Source of the DNA: Vicugna vicugna
Lineage: Eukaryota
Reading direction: 5' to 3'
Assembly: GCA_013265495.1 (NCBI GenBank)
Contig: MU058463.1
Coordinates: forward strand, 4,300,244 to 4,364,243
DNA: 64,000 nucleotides
The translations under genes and the position numbers were made by a program. The notes beneath the pieces were generated by a model that was not told the DNA's origin, did no database searches, and saw only the letters and a program-made list of their open reading frames with translations. Positions 24,500 through 37,835 of this stretch are shown in pieces; positions within the stretch are counted from its first letter, which is position 1; every line of letters begins with the position of its first letter.

Positions 24500-24970
24500 T
24501 GCCAGTGTAAGGATGGAGCTGGTGTTCTGGCTTTTTGGTAGATCAAGAGACTAGTTTTATTAACTGAAAACCAAGTATGAGGCAATAGGGTGACACAGAT
24601 GCCAAAGAATGGGGATGCTATTTGAGCCTCAGTTAGTAGAAATCAAGGTTTGGAATGAGAGTGACAGATACACCACCATGTAGACCACATCTGGTTACTT
24701 CCTGCCCTACTTTCCTGGGGAACCCAGCAAATGCAGTGCCTGCAGGGACAGTGTTGGGGACAGTGTTGGGGACAGTGACAGAGCTAGGGCTCCATCAAAA
24801 TCTCAAAGGATGAAGACATAGAGGATCTTGGCTTGAAGGAGAGAAGGCAGTGATGGCTCCTTACAAATTGGGATGGATTGCCATGTGGAAGCAAACTTGG
24901 ATTCATTTGTTAGAGTTTCAGATTTAGAATTCAAGGTGGGAATTACAGGGAGGTAGTTTTCAGTCTCCCC
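24500..24970 (+). mobile_element. CR1/L3 3' fragment (contains a 12-bp tandem gggacagtgttg at 24745-24777)
   Basis: 'agaccacatctgg', 'ggattgccatgtggaag', 'gggaattacagggaggtagttttcagtctc'. Confidence 0.5.
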
Positions 24971-24999
24971 TTCCTCAGGTCAGAGTGTGTCAACATTTG

Positions 25000-25382
25000 T
25001 TTTTGTTTTAATTGCTTATTTTTTATACAATTTTTAAAGGTCATACTCCATTCACAGTTACTACAAAATATTGGCTGTGTTCCCTGTGTTGTACAGTATG
25101 ACGTCCTTGTGGCCTTATACCCAGTAGTATGTACCTCCTACTCCCCACCCCTGTACAGCCTCTCCCTCTCGCCACTGGTAACCACCAGGTTGTTCTCTGT
25201 CTGCTTCTTTTTTGTTATATTCACTAGTTTGTTGTATTTTTTTAGATTCCACATATAAGTGAGATCACACAGTATTTGTCTTTCTCTTAATTATTTCACT
25301 TAGCATAATACCCTCCAAATCCATCAATGTTGCCTCAAGAGGCAAAATTTCATTCTTTTTTATGGCCGAGTAGTATTCCATG

Positions 25383-25431
<49 letters not shown>

Positions 25432-25600
25432 CCACATCTTCTTTATTAATTTATCTGTTGATGGAAACTTAAGTTGCTTCCATATCTTGGCAATTGTAAA
25501 TAGTGCTGCTATGAACATTGGGGTGCATGAGTCTTTTTGAATTAGTGTCCTTTTTTTTTTTGGATACATAACCAGGAGTGGAATTGCTGGGTCACATTTT
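25000..25600 (-). mobile_element. Artiodactyl-type L1 3' end with (TG)n
   Basis: ORF 25360-25569 'YPKKKRTLIQKDSCTPMFIAALFTIAKIWKQ' is the L1 ORF2 C-terminus; (TG)n at ~25385-25428. Confidence 0.95.
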
Positions 25601-25729
25601 TGTTTTCAGAGGATTCTTGCATGAGATAAGAGATTAGACTGGAGGCTTCCATAGGTCTTTCTACTGACTGATGAGTTTAAATCTATCCCATCAGGCATCA
25701 GGTAAGCTATTCAGCTGTTATTATTTGTT

Positions 25730-25930
25730 ATTTATACTTATGTATCATTTATTATATGTTTGGATTGTTCCAAGCACTGTAAAAAGATCAATTTATTTCA
25801 CTTGTTTTAACAACTCTGAAACCTAGTTTTTAGCTGCATCTTATGGATCTGGATACTGAGGCTCAGAGATGTTAAGCTGCTTGCACAGAATAACACAGCA
25901 AGAGCCAGATGGACAGGCAGGCTGTCTGAA
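25730..25930 (-). mobile_element. MIR SINE
   Basis: 'actgaggctcagagatgttaagctgcttgcacagaataacacagc'. Confidence 0.7.
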
Positions 25931-27519
25931 TTTTTATTTTAGGAATATGTGTCTTGAGGATTATATTATGTCTGAATTATGTGTATAATGACTCCATTCC
26001 TGATATATTATTGAGCTACTGCCAGAAAATGACTTTTGTCTTCATTATTATTATAATTAAAAGTTTTTCTTATTTGAGAAGGGTTTCTGATTCACTTTGA
26101 TACACACATACATGTTTTGTTGCAAAACAAATAGAAATACAGTTTTGTGTCCTCTGTGGCCTAAATCAGTTTCAAATAGCAATTTGAATGATACATCATC
26201 AGTCAGGCCCCTCTTACTTGTAAATTATAGTGAATTTTAAAAATGACATCCCTCACAATTGCTTCTCTTCACAACCCATGTGATTTATTTACAATCACAG
26301 AATCTTACGTTATCTACCTCTGTGACTTGAAAGAACTGTTTGTTTTTTTTCTCCCCGAATTTTAACTCCACATGTCAGGGGTAATCTCAGCACTGGAGAG
26401 GGTATGGTTTATTAAACACAGAATGGTCTTTGCTGGTCCTTTGACTCACAACCTCCAAAGCCTCATCTGTTAGCAGACAGCTGTAACACCCGTAACAGCC
26501 TTCCCAGTGTTTATGTTTAGTTCATGAAGCAGAAAATATGACAGATTCTGTATCTTTTAAAACATCTGCCCCCAAATGCTAGTTAATCCCCTGGCTTTCA
26601 AAGGCAAGCAAAATTTATCTTTCTGCTGGCAGCAAGAATATAGGGTTTTCCCCCCTAGCTGTATGTAGATGCTACCTGTTGACACTATTGTTTATCCAAG
26701 AGGACTATAATTTTTCACATGAAATTAAACAGGCAAACATTGTTTCCAAAATATGAACTAAGTTGATGAAGAAGAAAATTATCAATCACTGAGTCCAAGT
26801 TCCAGTTTTTTTTTCTTTGTTATTGAAATGGTTGAATAATCTTAGGTCAGAAGAAGCAGTCTTAAAAAAAGACAATTTAAATGTATTTTAATGTAATTAT
26901 TTCAGTGAACAATCTGATTGTCTAAATGACAAAAATGCAATATAACAATTGGGCACCCCCCTTGGAAACACTAATTCACAAACTGTGTAGCTGTTACCAA
27001 TTTTATTGTTTATACAGCTGCCACCAGACTTCATTAGAGAGCAGGAAGGGGCTGAGGAGTGATTAGGCAGGAGGGCTTTTTGAGAACCACTGGTGACTAG
27101 AACAGTTGGCCACAATAACACAACTGATGAGATGGAGAGAGACAAGCGACGGAAAGGTGTCTGCCCCCATTACCAGGTGACACTGAAGAGAAAACTTCTG
27201 TCGTTGGTGTCAAGGGGAGTGAATAGCATCTATATAGGAACACTGGACGCCCAGAATGTGGCTTCCTGGAAGGCAAGCAATGAAAAGCCTACAGCATGAG
27301 GCTGGGAATAGGGGATGGAATGGGGGAAACCTAGAAGGAAGGGCTCCCTGGATATTTCCAGGATGCAACTTATGCAGGAAAGGTAGAACGCTGAACAGAA
27401 GCAGAAGCACCAAGGACCTAGCTTTATCCTAGGAGAAGAAATCAGGTGTCAGTAATGATGGATGTGTCTGACTTGCTGCAGACTAAGATCTCTTGGGCAA
27501 CGTGGCATCTATAAACGTA

Positions 27520-28243
27520 TTGGTCAGGAATGCTTTGGGCTGCATACATTAGAAAACCTGAATATGATGTCTTAATTGTAAAGAAATTTATTTTTCATTC
27601 ATTATGGAAAATCTCAGGATGGGTTTTTGCTGGCACTGGTTGAGGGGCTTAGCAAGATTAGCACTGAGGCCTCTGTTTTTTTTTTTTTATTTAGTATAGC
27701 TGATGTACAATATGTAAGTTTCAGATATACAACATAGTGATTCACAATTTTTAGAAATTGTATTCCATGTATAGTTATTATAAATATTGGTTATATTCCC
27801 TGTATTGTGCAGTATATCCTTGTAGCTTATTTATTTTATACATAATAATTTATATCTCTTAATCCCTTACCCTGTGTTGTCCCTTCCCCTCCCTTTCCCC
27901 ACTGGTTACCACTAGTTTGTTCTGTATATCTGTGAGTCTGTTTCCTTTTTGCTATATTCACTATTTGTTTTATTTTTAGATTCCACATATGAGTAATATT
28001 ATATAGTATTTGTCTTTCTCTATCTGAGTTATTTCACTTAGCATAATACTGAGGTCTTTGATTCTTTTGGGGTTTCCTTCATTGGCCAAGGAGGGCTCCT
28101 GCAGCCTGGCAGTCATGTCAGTAGGAAGAAGGGAAGAGCCTTTTCGTGCTGAACTGTGTCATGTGGACATTCCAAACTGGGAGAGGACCCAGGGAAGAGC
28201 CTGGAAGTTGGGTCTGGTTATTCAGCCAACAGTGTCTGCCACA
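27520..28243 (-). mobile_element. Old MaLR LTR interrupted by L1
   Basis: 'tattggtcaggaatgctttgggctgca...agaaaacc' and end 'cagccaacagtgtctgccaca'. Confidence 0.6.
27676..28047 (-). mobile_element. 5'-truncated L1 with 13-bp TSD
   Basis: T-tract and L1 3' UTR; flanks actgaggcctctg (27663-27675) / actgaggtctttg (28048-28060). Confidence 0.9.
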
Positions 28244-28433
28244 GTACTTTTCTGCTAACTAATCTTTGTAATATAATTTCTTGACAAGAGGTTGTTTTTA
28301 TTTTGTTTTTTTCCTCTTCTGTTTCAAACATTCCAAGAAGTGCTGAAAAAGATGTGTGAATGTGAAATACCCTCTGACATTCCATGAAACCATTTCTGAG
28401 AATTGAGATGAATGGACATGATACTTTATAATG

Positions 28434-28467
28434 AGGAGAAGGAGGAGGAGGAGGAGGAGGAGGAGGA
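28434..28467. repeat. (GGA)n microsatellite
   Basis: Directly visible. Confidence 0.9.
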
Positions 28468-28469
28468 TT

Positions 28470-28775
28470 ATATTAATGACAGCCAGCACATAGAGCTTCT
28501 TTTGTGCCAAGCTCTGATTTAAGTGCTGCACATAAATTACTGTTAAAAACCTTGTCGACGACATTACGAGATAGGAAATAGCCTTATTTTTTAGAATTGA
28601 AGAGTAGTTGAAGTTACATTAGGAAATAGTATTTTTATTCCCATTTTACACACTGGATAACTGAGACCTTTGAAGGATTAAATGACCTATCCAAAGTCAT
28701 CTCTCTAGTAAGTGGGGAAACAAAGAGACACACCCTGCAGTCTGGCCGCAGGGCCCTTGCTTTTCACTCACCACG
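28470..28775 (-). mobile_element. MIR SINE
   Basis: 'tgtgccaagctctg', 'attcccattttacacactggataactgagac', 'aaatgacctatccaaagtca'. Confidence 0.75.
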
Positions 28776-28815
28776 GATCTACTTTTTTTTTTTAATTTTT
28801 ATTTTTTTAACTGTC

Positions 28816-28884
28816 AGCTTTGCACAGTGGCAATATCATAGCCAATGAGGTTTATCCGAGGCGCGATTATTGCTAATAGAAAAC
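28816..28884 (+). pseudogene. RNU4: 3'-truncated U4 snRNA retrocopy
   Basis: agctttgcacagtggcaatatcatagccaatgaggtttatccgaggcgcgattattgctaatagaaaac matches U4 nt 1-69 with ~4 substitutions; Sm site and 3' stem absent. Confidence 0.95.
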
Positions 28885-30049
28885 CTTCTTGCCTATCAAG
28901 CTTACCTCTTTAATTTATTCTAAATTATCATCACTGCTATTTTTCTTAACAGTTACTTAATTCTATGGTACTGACAAGACTAAAAATGTAAATATGGACA
29001 TTTGCCCCATCTCCAAACAGTAAAGTCACTGCTGGGAAAATAATACCTACACAGGTGAGGTGCAAAGATGAGATGTTGCATCCAAATATGGGAAGCTAGC
29101 AAAACATGGCTGAATTAATCTGGTTTTATCCATTTGAGAAGCTGGGCCCAGATTAGGAACCATTAGAGGAAGCAGTGTATAAGGTTCAGGATGGAGATGT
29201 GACATATTTAAAAGACTGGCAGTTGAATGATTCTGGCTTATATATAACTTTGGATATAATGCATTTTGTCACCTGCCTGAACCAAGCAGAATTACTTCCT
29301 GCTGGTGTTTTTCTTCCATGTTAATGGTTTTGAACAACCAGAATAAACAATTTATTTTTTTATATTGAGGCAAAATTTCACAAAATGCCAATATTCAAAT
29401 CAACCAGCTTCTCACTTATCAAAATTGAGTAAAAATCTGTGTGTGTATGTGTGCATATGTAAGTAAAAATCACATAATTGAACTGGTTGGTTGTAAATGA
29501 AAAAACCTATTAAATAATTTAAATTAAAATACTAAGAATAAAGAAATAATAAACACATACATTTGCCTGACATGATGAGCTATAATTGGGGGAAAGTTAT
29601 AGTTTGCTGAAGAGAGGAGTTAGCTAGGAATGAGAAGAAGCTAGACTCCTAGTCTATGGCAATTTTAATGCTCTTTTCATTGTACTATCTTAAAAACACT
29701 GTGGTATTTGTCCTGTGGTATGCTTCAGTGCCTTCAGAAGGACAGACCCAGGGTTATGTTTGCCAATCAGAAAATAGAATCTTGGCTGGAAGGGATTTAT
29801 CTCAGAGATCATTTCCTCCACGACCCATCTGTAGAGATGATCCATGAAATGTTTGAATCAGTATCTAAGTAGCCATGTTGACAAAGGTTCTATGGCATTT
29901 TATGTAGTTGTGGTTCATCTAGAATCAAAGCTGTTCTTATTTTGCATATTAGATCTTGGGAGCTGCACAAGTCTTTCAAGCCTAGACATTCTCCTTTTGC
30001 CTTTAAGATAAAGTCCAAGGTCTTTTGTCTCAAACTTATCAACTAGCAA

Positions 30050-30490
30050 ATGGTCACTCTCTCTATAGAGAAAACCTCATAACTTTCAACCTCATACAGT
30101 GTGGAAGTATCAAAGCTCTTTCCTCATACCATGTTGTCTTCACTTCTTCTCTCTCCTTACATGCTTCCCCTAACTGGAATATTGATCTTCATCTTTCACT
30201 TGGCTAGTTCCTTTGCCAATGCTAAGTCTCAGCTCAGGCACCACCACCTCCAAAAAGCCTGATTGCTTCACATTGAGGTAGGCAGCACTTCCTTGTGTTC
30301 CCATAATGCCCTGTGTCTGTGTACTCTAGTACCATATGTTCCACATTGTTTATCTGTTTATGCCTCTTCCCACTAAGACTGTGAGCAGCTTGATGGTAAG
30401 GACACATCTTAGCCATCTTTGCATTTCTGGGACCTGCTACAGGACATATTGTTAAATTCTCAATAATATTTATGGATTTTATGAAAGAAT
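30050..30490 (+). mobile_element. L2 3' end
   Basis: 'tcccactaagactgtgagcagcttgatggtaaggacacatc...ctcaataatatttatgga'. Confidence 0.75.
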
Positions 30491-31424
30491 GAAAAATACC
30501 CCTGAGTGTTCCTGCCACAATGTATGGGGTCATTCTATCCAGGATTGGAATGGAGTGGGTTTGGGGACTGCCTGTATCCTGGTAGACACGATTCTGGTCA
30601 GAAGCCCTATGTATTTTCCCTTGCACATCATAGGCTGGAGTTGGCTGTCAATGCATTTTGGTCAATGGCAGCTTTTGGTAGCTAAGGGATTTTATTTGAT
30701 TAGTTGTCTTTAGCAACAATAATATGAAATGCTTCTACTTACATTGTTAGTTGATATTTGATATTATATTGTCTTTTATTTTTGATATTTATTTTCTCCA
30801 GTTATTTAAAAATAGTTCAGTATCTGTACGGTATGTTATTTTGCAGCTCTTATGTTCAGCATACTGGAAGGTTTAATGCCAGCAAAGCTTAGATGCTGTA
30901 AATTTTTTTTACTAGTTTCTAGACTCAAATTTACAGGTTTTCTGTATTATGTAGTTTGCCATCAGAGATCTAAGTCAAAGCCAAACACCAAATATTTATT
31001 GAATCTATTATGTGCAAAGCCCCATGACAGGTGCAAAAACATGTAAGTGATGGACTAGCAGGAGATACAAGGCAGAAGTATTTGGAAAGTTAAGAGCAAA
31101 ATAAGGATTAAATAAGAAAACAAGAACAATCACAATGCTGGATAAATATTTAGCTAGACAAGTGCTGTAAAATTAGAGGCGGGCAAGGACTCTCGGGCGC
31201 GGGAGACCTGCGAAGGTTTTGGAGTTGAGAGGTTCAGCAGGGACCTTGAGAAATGAGAATGCTGCCTTTAGGCAAAAAGAGGAGAGGGCTTTGCAGATGG
31301 TGGGGAAAGGGGTTGAAAGCTGGCAGTTACTAGGTTTGGTGGGGGCAGAATTTTCATGGGGGGCTAAGACCAAAAAGGGAGAGCCTTGAGAGAAGTTAAA
31401 GGCTGATAAAAGTAGTTTACTGGG

Positions 31425-31570
31425 TGGTGCTTTTCCTACTTGAATGGAGCTGTGTGTTCTCCTGAGGATCTATTAAAATGTAGATTCGGATTCAGTTGAT
31501 CTGGGGTGGGACGATAGATTCTGCATTTCTACCATGCTACTGCTCTGTGGACCTCACCTTGGATAGCACC
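31425..31570. mobile_element. MER5-like element
   Basis: 'taaaatgtagattcggattcagttgatctggggtggg..agattctgcatttcta'. Confidence 0.75.
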
Positions 31571-31999
31571 GGATTGGAGGGTTAAGTGAAAAGCTGTGAA
31601 GATTTCATTGGAAAAATGGTTAATGACATTCTTCTTATAGATTATATAACCTGACTATTTCAGGGTTTTACATAGCACTTTGGAGGCGTGAAAAAGTTAG
31701 TTTCCAAAGGTGCATGATATTCAACCAGGGAGTCACAGAGACAAAGTTTACATTCATCAGGTAATGCAGTTTTATGAGCTGTCCTGAAAGAGAAAAAATT
31801 GGATTGGTTTTTATAAAATATCATTATAAAATGTATATTTTACTGAATGTAAGACAAATTAAAAAATTTGGAGGAATTACTTGTTTAAATAAAACTGGGA
31901 TAACTTCTTTAGTATTGCCTGTCCAAGCAGTCATAATTGAGCAAGAAATTATTTTTTGCATGTGGAAGTGGGCTTGGTGGTCTGCATTTCTTGGGTTGG

Positions 32000-32168
32000 A
32001 TCCTTGATTCATAACCCTGACTCACCTTTGAACCACCTGTGGAGCTTAAAAAATACTGCTCTGTCCCAGACCAATGAAATCAGAATCTCTGGGGCTAATG
32101 CCTGGGGGTTGGTCATTTTTAAAGTCTTCCAGGAGATTCAAATGTGCATCCAGGATTGAGATCCACTG
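32000..32168. mobile_element. MER5A-like element
   Basis: 'aaatcagaatctctgggg...aggagattcaaatgtgcatccaggattgagatccactg'. Confidence 0.75.
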
Positions 32169-34054
32169 GGTTAACTGATCAGATTGTCTAATGCTGAACT
32201 AAAACACTGGAACTGGGGGTTTTGACCAACATACCGTCGGCTTGGCAAGACTGAGACCAGAGTTGGTACTGAGAGTCAGTCTATGATCCAAAAGGCAGAA
32301 TCCCTGGGATCCACCTCCAAAGGGTTCTCGGAGTTCACAGGAGAAGCTGTGAGCAGACAAGGGCAGTGTCAGAGGTGTCTAGGGACTGGGAGCCCTGGTA
32401 GCTAGGGAAGCTCACAAGGTAACCAGGGACATGGATGTGGGAGCAGTTGCTAAGGAGAAAGGCAAAAGCATCCTGCCAGATGGTGCCTGCCATCTCCACT
32501 ATGTGGAACTGTTTTCAACGGGTGAGCTTTGTTCTTGCAACACACAGTCTTCAAACTGCCATCCTGGGTAGGTGGTTCAGAGCACAGCCCTTTGTTGTGC
32601 ACGGGCAACATGAAGATGAGGTCTGTGGACAGATAACAAAGAGAAACTTCCAAGGGATTCTACAAAGTGTAAGAGGGTACAAAATACAGAGAAGGAGGCA
32701 TCCGATATAGACCCCACATACTTTCTCATCCTCTTTAGAGGCGCTGTGGTGAAGTCGCACATTCAGTGCCTGAGGCTGTGCCGGTACGTGGTCATTCATA
32801 AAACATAGATCCTGGTGACCAGATTCTTGCTGTGTATTTATATCAAATATGAGCTGATGGGAAGCTGTTTCTTAGGTTTTAATGAGCTTCCTATGGAATA
32901 TGCCAAGCTGAGTGATTTTGGTACTGAAACAAGTCTTTCAAAACAAGATGAAACTAGATGGGTTAGTTTACTTCTTTACTTTTGATGTAAAAATCTTGTT
33001 TTGTATCATAAATAAATTGTTCTTATTTTTCAAGGATTTATGGTGGCAAACCTTTAACAATATTCATATCTACCGGCAGACAAACCTTGAAGTGAACTCG
33101 GGGACCTGCCTGAATTTCAGGCTGCATCTCCACGTGCGGTCAGGATGCTGACTCAGGCTCTACTGAAACAAGAGGGAGACAGTTGCTATGGAGCAGATTT
33201 GACATCTTGGCTCCCCTCTGGGGTCCCGAGTATAACAAACACACAGGCAGAAAGATAAAGAAAAGCGCTTTCAGGCTGTGAAGGAATTAGGTGAACGTAA
33301 ATTATGATCTGCTCTCAACTTGAGGCTGAAATAGGCACAGGGGAGACCATTCTTATTCTTGGCAAAAGGCTCTGGATTGTAAACTGTTTTTCGCAGGAGA
33401 TTCATCTGAGCCCTCCTAATGTGAGACCCTAGCTCTGACATCTTTTAGGGCAGGAGAGAAAATCCAAGACGGTGGTTTGGTGGAAGGATTATGCAGCTGT
33501 CCCCTCCTTTCCTTGCCTCAGACCTTGGATACAGGATCCCAGGCCCAGGCTTGTGGGGAGTCGGGTGGGGGAGTGGGGGGCTGAGGGTGGGCTGGGAAAG
33601 GAACAGTCCGGCTTCAGTAGGGGAGGCCAGTTTTGATAAAAAACATTTTAAAGGTGGGAAGAAAAATGGGTGAGGCTTTGTTAAGCCATCAGCCTCTAAC
33701 TTTGCAGTTCAACTTAAGGCCAACTATACGCTCAGTTGTTCCTTGGTTATGAAATCTTGGCAAAGAGAAGAAATTTCTTTTTTCAGTAAAATCTCCCACA
33801 ACTGGGAAGAACACAGCCATTGAAAACAGTTATTCAGCAAAATATTTCAAAGTTAGGATTGTTTGCTTTTTTTGGAGACTAGTGCTTCCACCGTGCAGGC
33901 CCAGACAAAGCCGCCTGCAGAGGACATCTGTTGTCTCAACTCTCTCTCCCACTCTTATCCGGGCACCCTGAGTCTTCTTAGTGGAATAAGTTACCTGGAA
34001 AAAGGTATGAATGACTGATAAGAATTTAAAATATTCTCTCTCCAGGGATCACTT

Positions 34055-34222
34055 TTTTTTGCATATATAAATATGTAAAAATAATATATAATATATATAT
34101 ATATTCCTTTTCATATTCCTTTTCATTACAGGTTACAACAAGCCATTGAATGTAGTTCCTTGTGCTGTACAGTAGGACTTTGTTGTTAATCTATTCTGTA
34201 CACAGTGGTTTGTATCTGCCAA
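34055..34222 (-). mobile_element. Very short L1 3' insertion with 12-bp TSD
   Basis: cagggatcactt at 34043-34054 and 34223-34234; L1 3' UTR 'ttgaatgtagttccttgtgctgtacagtagg'. Confidence 0.85.
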
Positions 34223-34905
34223 CAGGGATCACTTCTAACAGGAATCCAAACCTTAGGCCACAGGTTAATCCCAAATCTGACTAAGAGGGGGTCTTGCTAT
34301 GTTAGCTCCCCATTCCTGAAAACTCCTTGAAGGGACAGGTAGGGAGCAGTGAGACCAGTTCACGCTGTTCGTTTAAATGCTGGAGTCTTTGCAGATTCTC
34401 ACCCTCCTTTTCCTTGTCATACTGCTGGTGATCTCCCTTTCTCCTCCTTCCCCACCTCCAGTCCTCTGAGAGACTGGGATCTTTCCTGGAGCAAGTCCAT
34501 CAACTCCTCTCTACTTAAGTGAGGTCATGCAGTCCTGGGACCCCTTGAGGGAGTCTATTTGGGGCTTCCAGGTATTTGTAAACACCTGAAATTGCAGGCA
34601 AATATGTTCCGTTCTTTTTCAAAGAAGAGAATTGATTAGATTCATTTGAGTCTCAAAAGGCTGAGCAACACTCCCATACCTCCCTCTGCCTCCCACCAGC
34701 ATCCCAGGTGCTCCAGGATGGCATTTCAGGTAGCAGATAGCAGGTGGAGGACACTGTCTGCAGTCTCTGGGGTCTTCTTGGGTCAGAGCTCAAATGGATC
34801 AGGGGTCAGGTCCTACCAGTTCCTATCTATACACAGTCCTCCATGAATGTCCTTCCCCTGCTGTTTTCTGTTGAGTGTAGTTAGCGTTAGCATGGTGAGC
34901 CTCTT

Positions 34906-34988
34906 TTTTTAATTAAAAAAATTTAAATTGAAGTATAGTCTGTTTACAATGTTGTGTTAATTTCTGGTGTACAGCATAGTGATTCAGT

Positions 34989-35023
<35 letters not shown>

Positions 35024-35112
35024 GTATTCCTTTTCATATTCTTTTTCATTATAGGTGATTACAAGGTATTGAATATACTTCTCTGAGCTATACAGTAGGA
35101 CCTTGTTGTTAA
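34906..35112 (-). mobile_element. Short L1 3' insertion with (CA)n and 15-bp TSD
   Basis: catggtgagcctctt at 34891-34905 and 35113-35127; 'aattgaagtatagtc..tttacaatgttgtgttaatttctggtgtacagcatagtgattcag'. Confidence 0.9.
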
Positions 35113-35169
35113 CATGGTGAGCCTCTTAATTGAGCCTCAGAGCAGCCCTGGGAGTTCCAAGATTGAAGT

Positions 35170-35680
35170 CTGAATTATTCAACACTCTTTCAGTTGCAAG
35201 TTATTTTAAACAGAAGAGAATATTTATTGGCTCACACAAGTGGGGTATTTTGGGGAGGAAGTGGATTTTAGGGATGATTCAGCTAATGTTATCAGAAATG
35301 GCTTCCCCTCTCAAAGATAAAAACTGCAGGCTTTCATTCTGCTAGTTTAGTAGCCACTGTGTAAAGCCTTTACCCCCTTCCTCCCCTCCTTCCTGCCTTC
35401 TTTCCCTCCTTCCTCCTTTCTTATCTGACAGCTCAGCATATGTCCTAGAGAACTCTCTCATCAACACTGTGATGTCCACGGACTCTTTGCCATGGTCTGG
35501 CAAGTGAAGTATTCCGACTGGTCAAGCTTGGGGGACGTGCCCACTTCTGAGTTGGAGGGAGGTGATCCACTTTTCTTGAAACATATGGGCTGAGAAGGGA
35601 AAGAGATGGTTTCATAAAGGGGAGCCAGTGCTGTTACCAAAAGGAAAGGGAAGGGATGCTGGGTAGGCCAAAACAATGAT
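35170..35680 (-). mobile_element. Old MaLR LTR (MLT1J-like)
   Basis: 'ctttcagttgcaagt', 'ttattggctcaca', 'gtgctgttaccaaaaggaaagggaagggatgctgggtaggccaaaac'. Confidence 0.6.
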
Positions 35681-37469
35681 GTCCTTCTAATTCAGGTACC
35701 CTCACCATCTGAGAGATGGATGGGATTTTAGAACATCTTATAGTTGAAAGGTTTATGATTCCCTGAGACTGCATGAAAAAAGAATCTGGCACATGTATAA
35801 TACATGCAGAGTGACAGGGCTCCATGGCTTTTGCCAGCTTCTCAGCTAAGAACCACTGAGCTGAGAACCTTTCATTTTTCAGATAAGGAAGCGGGGACTC
35901 AAACCCTAGGTGACTCGGCCAGGGAGACATTTTGTCCAGCATAATCCACATCCGCAGAGTTTTCCAGCAGGACACGAGTCTCCGGCTGCTCTGTTAAAAA
36001 CAGGCTTCTTGAGTCAAACACATTGGGAAACACTGTGCACAGCATCCACCCCTGGAGACTCACAACGCACTTAGGCATATTAGAAGCTCTGGGAAATCTT
36101 ATTCTAAAGAAGTATGTTGAACCATATTTAACCTAGAAACCTATTTGAGTACATTTTCTCTTCACGAGCCACCACTAACACGCTTCAGGAACTGTGTTGC
36201 ATGCAGCACCTTGCCTCTCCCTTAGGCTGGATGCTGTCCCTCGGGTCCTTGTTGGGGCCACAGCAGAGCTTTGAGACAAATGCTTCCGGCTCTACCCTGG
36301 AGGGAAATGCTGACCACAGTTCAGTGCCAGGTGCTCAGCGGGCCTTGGGACCCAGGCAGTGTCCGCACAGCTGTTCTGTACACTGTTGGATGGTAGGGGA
36401 AGCTGGTCTGCTCTCTTTGTCTTTCAGTCCATCACCCTCTTCCTCCCAGACCCTCCTGATCACATCATCCCATGGGGCCTTCCTGTTCTGGTTTTCTAGA
36501 CCTTTATTCTCTTCCATTACTTGTATGTTTTATCAGTTATTATTAATAATAATAATAGTCACTATTTACTGGGAGCTTACTATGTGCCAGAAACTGTTCT
36601 AAGCATTTTAGATGTATTAATCATTAGCTCTTCATGATGACGTGATGTGCTCTCTCTTCACCTTATACAGGCAGATTTGTATTACATTTTACACCCAGGA
36701 ACTTGCACAGCTCTGAGGATATAGCAGGAAACACTATTCCCTTGGGCCAGTTGGCATAGGTGCCCACCAGGGAACACAGTATCCCAGGGCTCGTGAGAAT
36801 GTTAATGGGCACTAATGACACAGTGTATTCCTCTCAGGAAGTGCCCTGCTTTCATTAAATGTCTTGGGAAGATAGGGTGTCTTTAACTTAAGAATGATCC
36901 TAATGATGAGAGTTTTAGACCTTGAGGGGAGTGATGGGGAGATGATTTTTCATGAGGGAATCTCTTATTTCCTCTTAAAGCAGACCATACATATGGCTGC
37001 CTAAGTGGGGCTGCTTCTTACAGGCCATCCATCCCTTCCCTTTTTCATTCGGGATTTCTAGAGTGGGAGAAACAAGGGTGCTTAGAGTAGGGACAGAGAG
37101 AGAAAAGGCAATGCTTACATTTTTGCCAAGATTTTAGGCTTATAACAAAACTTAAGGACCCCTCTCATTTACCTGTTTTTTCTTGGCGTGGACCAGTTCC
37201 AATGTACATTGATGTGTCTCTGTTCACATGCATGAGCACAGTCTATGTTTCTTCCCTTGTGGTCTTCTTGTTCCACAAAGGAGCCCAGTGTCCTAATTAT
37301 GACCCGTATCCCTGCAAGGAGTTAGTGGCAAAGCCTATTACCCTTCCCTGAAGTTCTTACATTTCAAATAAAGACTTAGGCTTCAACACAGGAATGTGAA
37401 GTGTTTCCCTTCAGATGAACTAAAATGTCCTTCTTAGCATCTGGGCCGTTTTTTATAGACTGCCCCTGT

Positions 37470-37835
37470 TTGGCAGAGAATAGAGATTTTAATGCAGCTG
37501 ATAACATAGTTACAGGTCTTTGGATAAGGGGTCCGATTAAGAAAGAGGAAAGGGAAAAGTATCTGGTAAGTTCAGGGCTGGTGATAAGAGTCAGGGACCA
37601 GAGCGGGTAGAGACCAGGAGAGGCAGAGGGGGAGCAATGCTGCCACAGGTCAAGTCTGGGGCTACCAGAAGCTGGAGAGGGCAAGGAAGCGTCCTTGCTC
37701 TGTAGGTTTCAGGGGAAGTGCGGTCAAGCTCTCAGCTTGGTTTTGAACTTCTCACTGGTAGAACTGGAGACGATAAGCTTCTGTTGTTCTATCCCAGTCT
37801 GTGGTTCTTTGTTAGGCTGCTAGGAAACTAACATC
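37470..37835 (+). mobile_element. Degraded MLT1 LTR
   Basis: 'accagaagctggagagggcaaggaagc' ... 'tgtggttctttgttaggctgctaggaaactaac'. Confidence 0.7.

Noticed and set aside
28816..28884. Functional U4 gene
   Set aside because: The 3' half and Sm site are missing, and no snRNA promoter context is evident.
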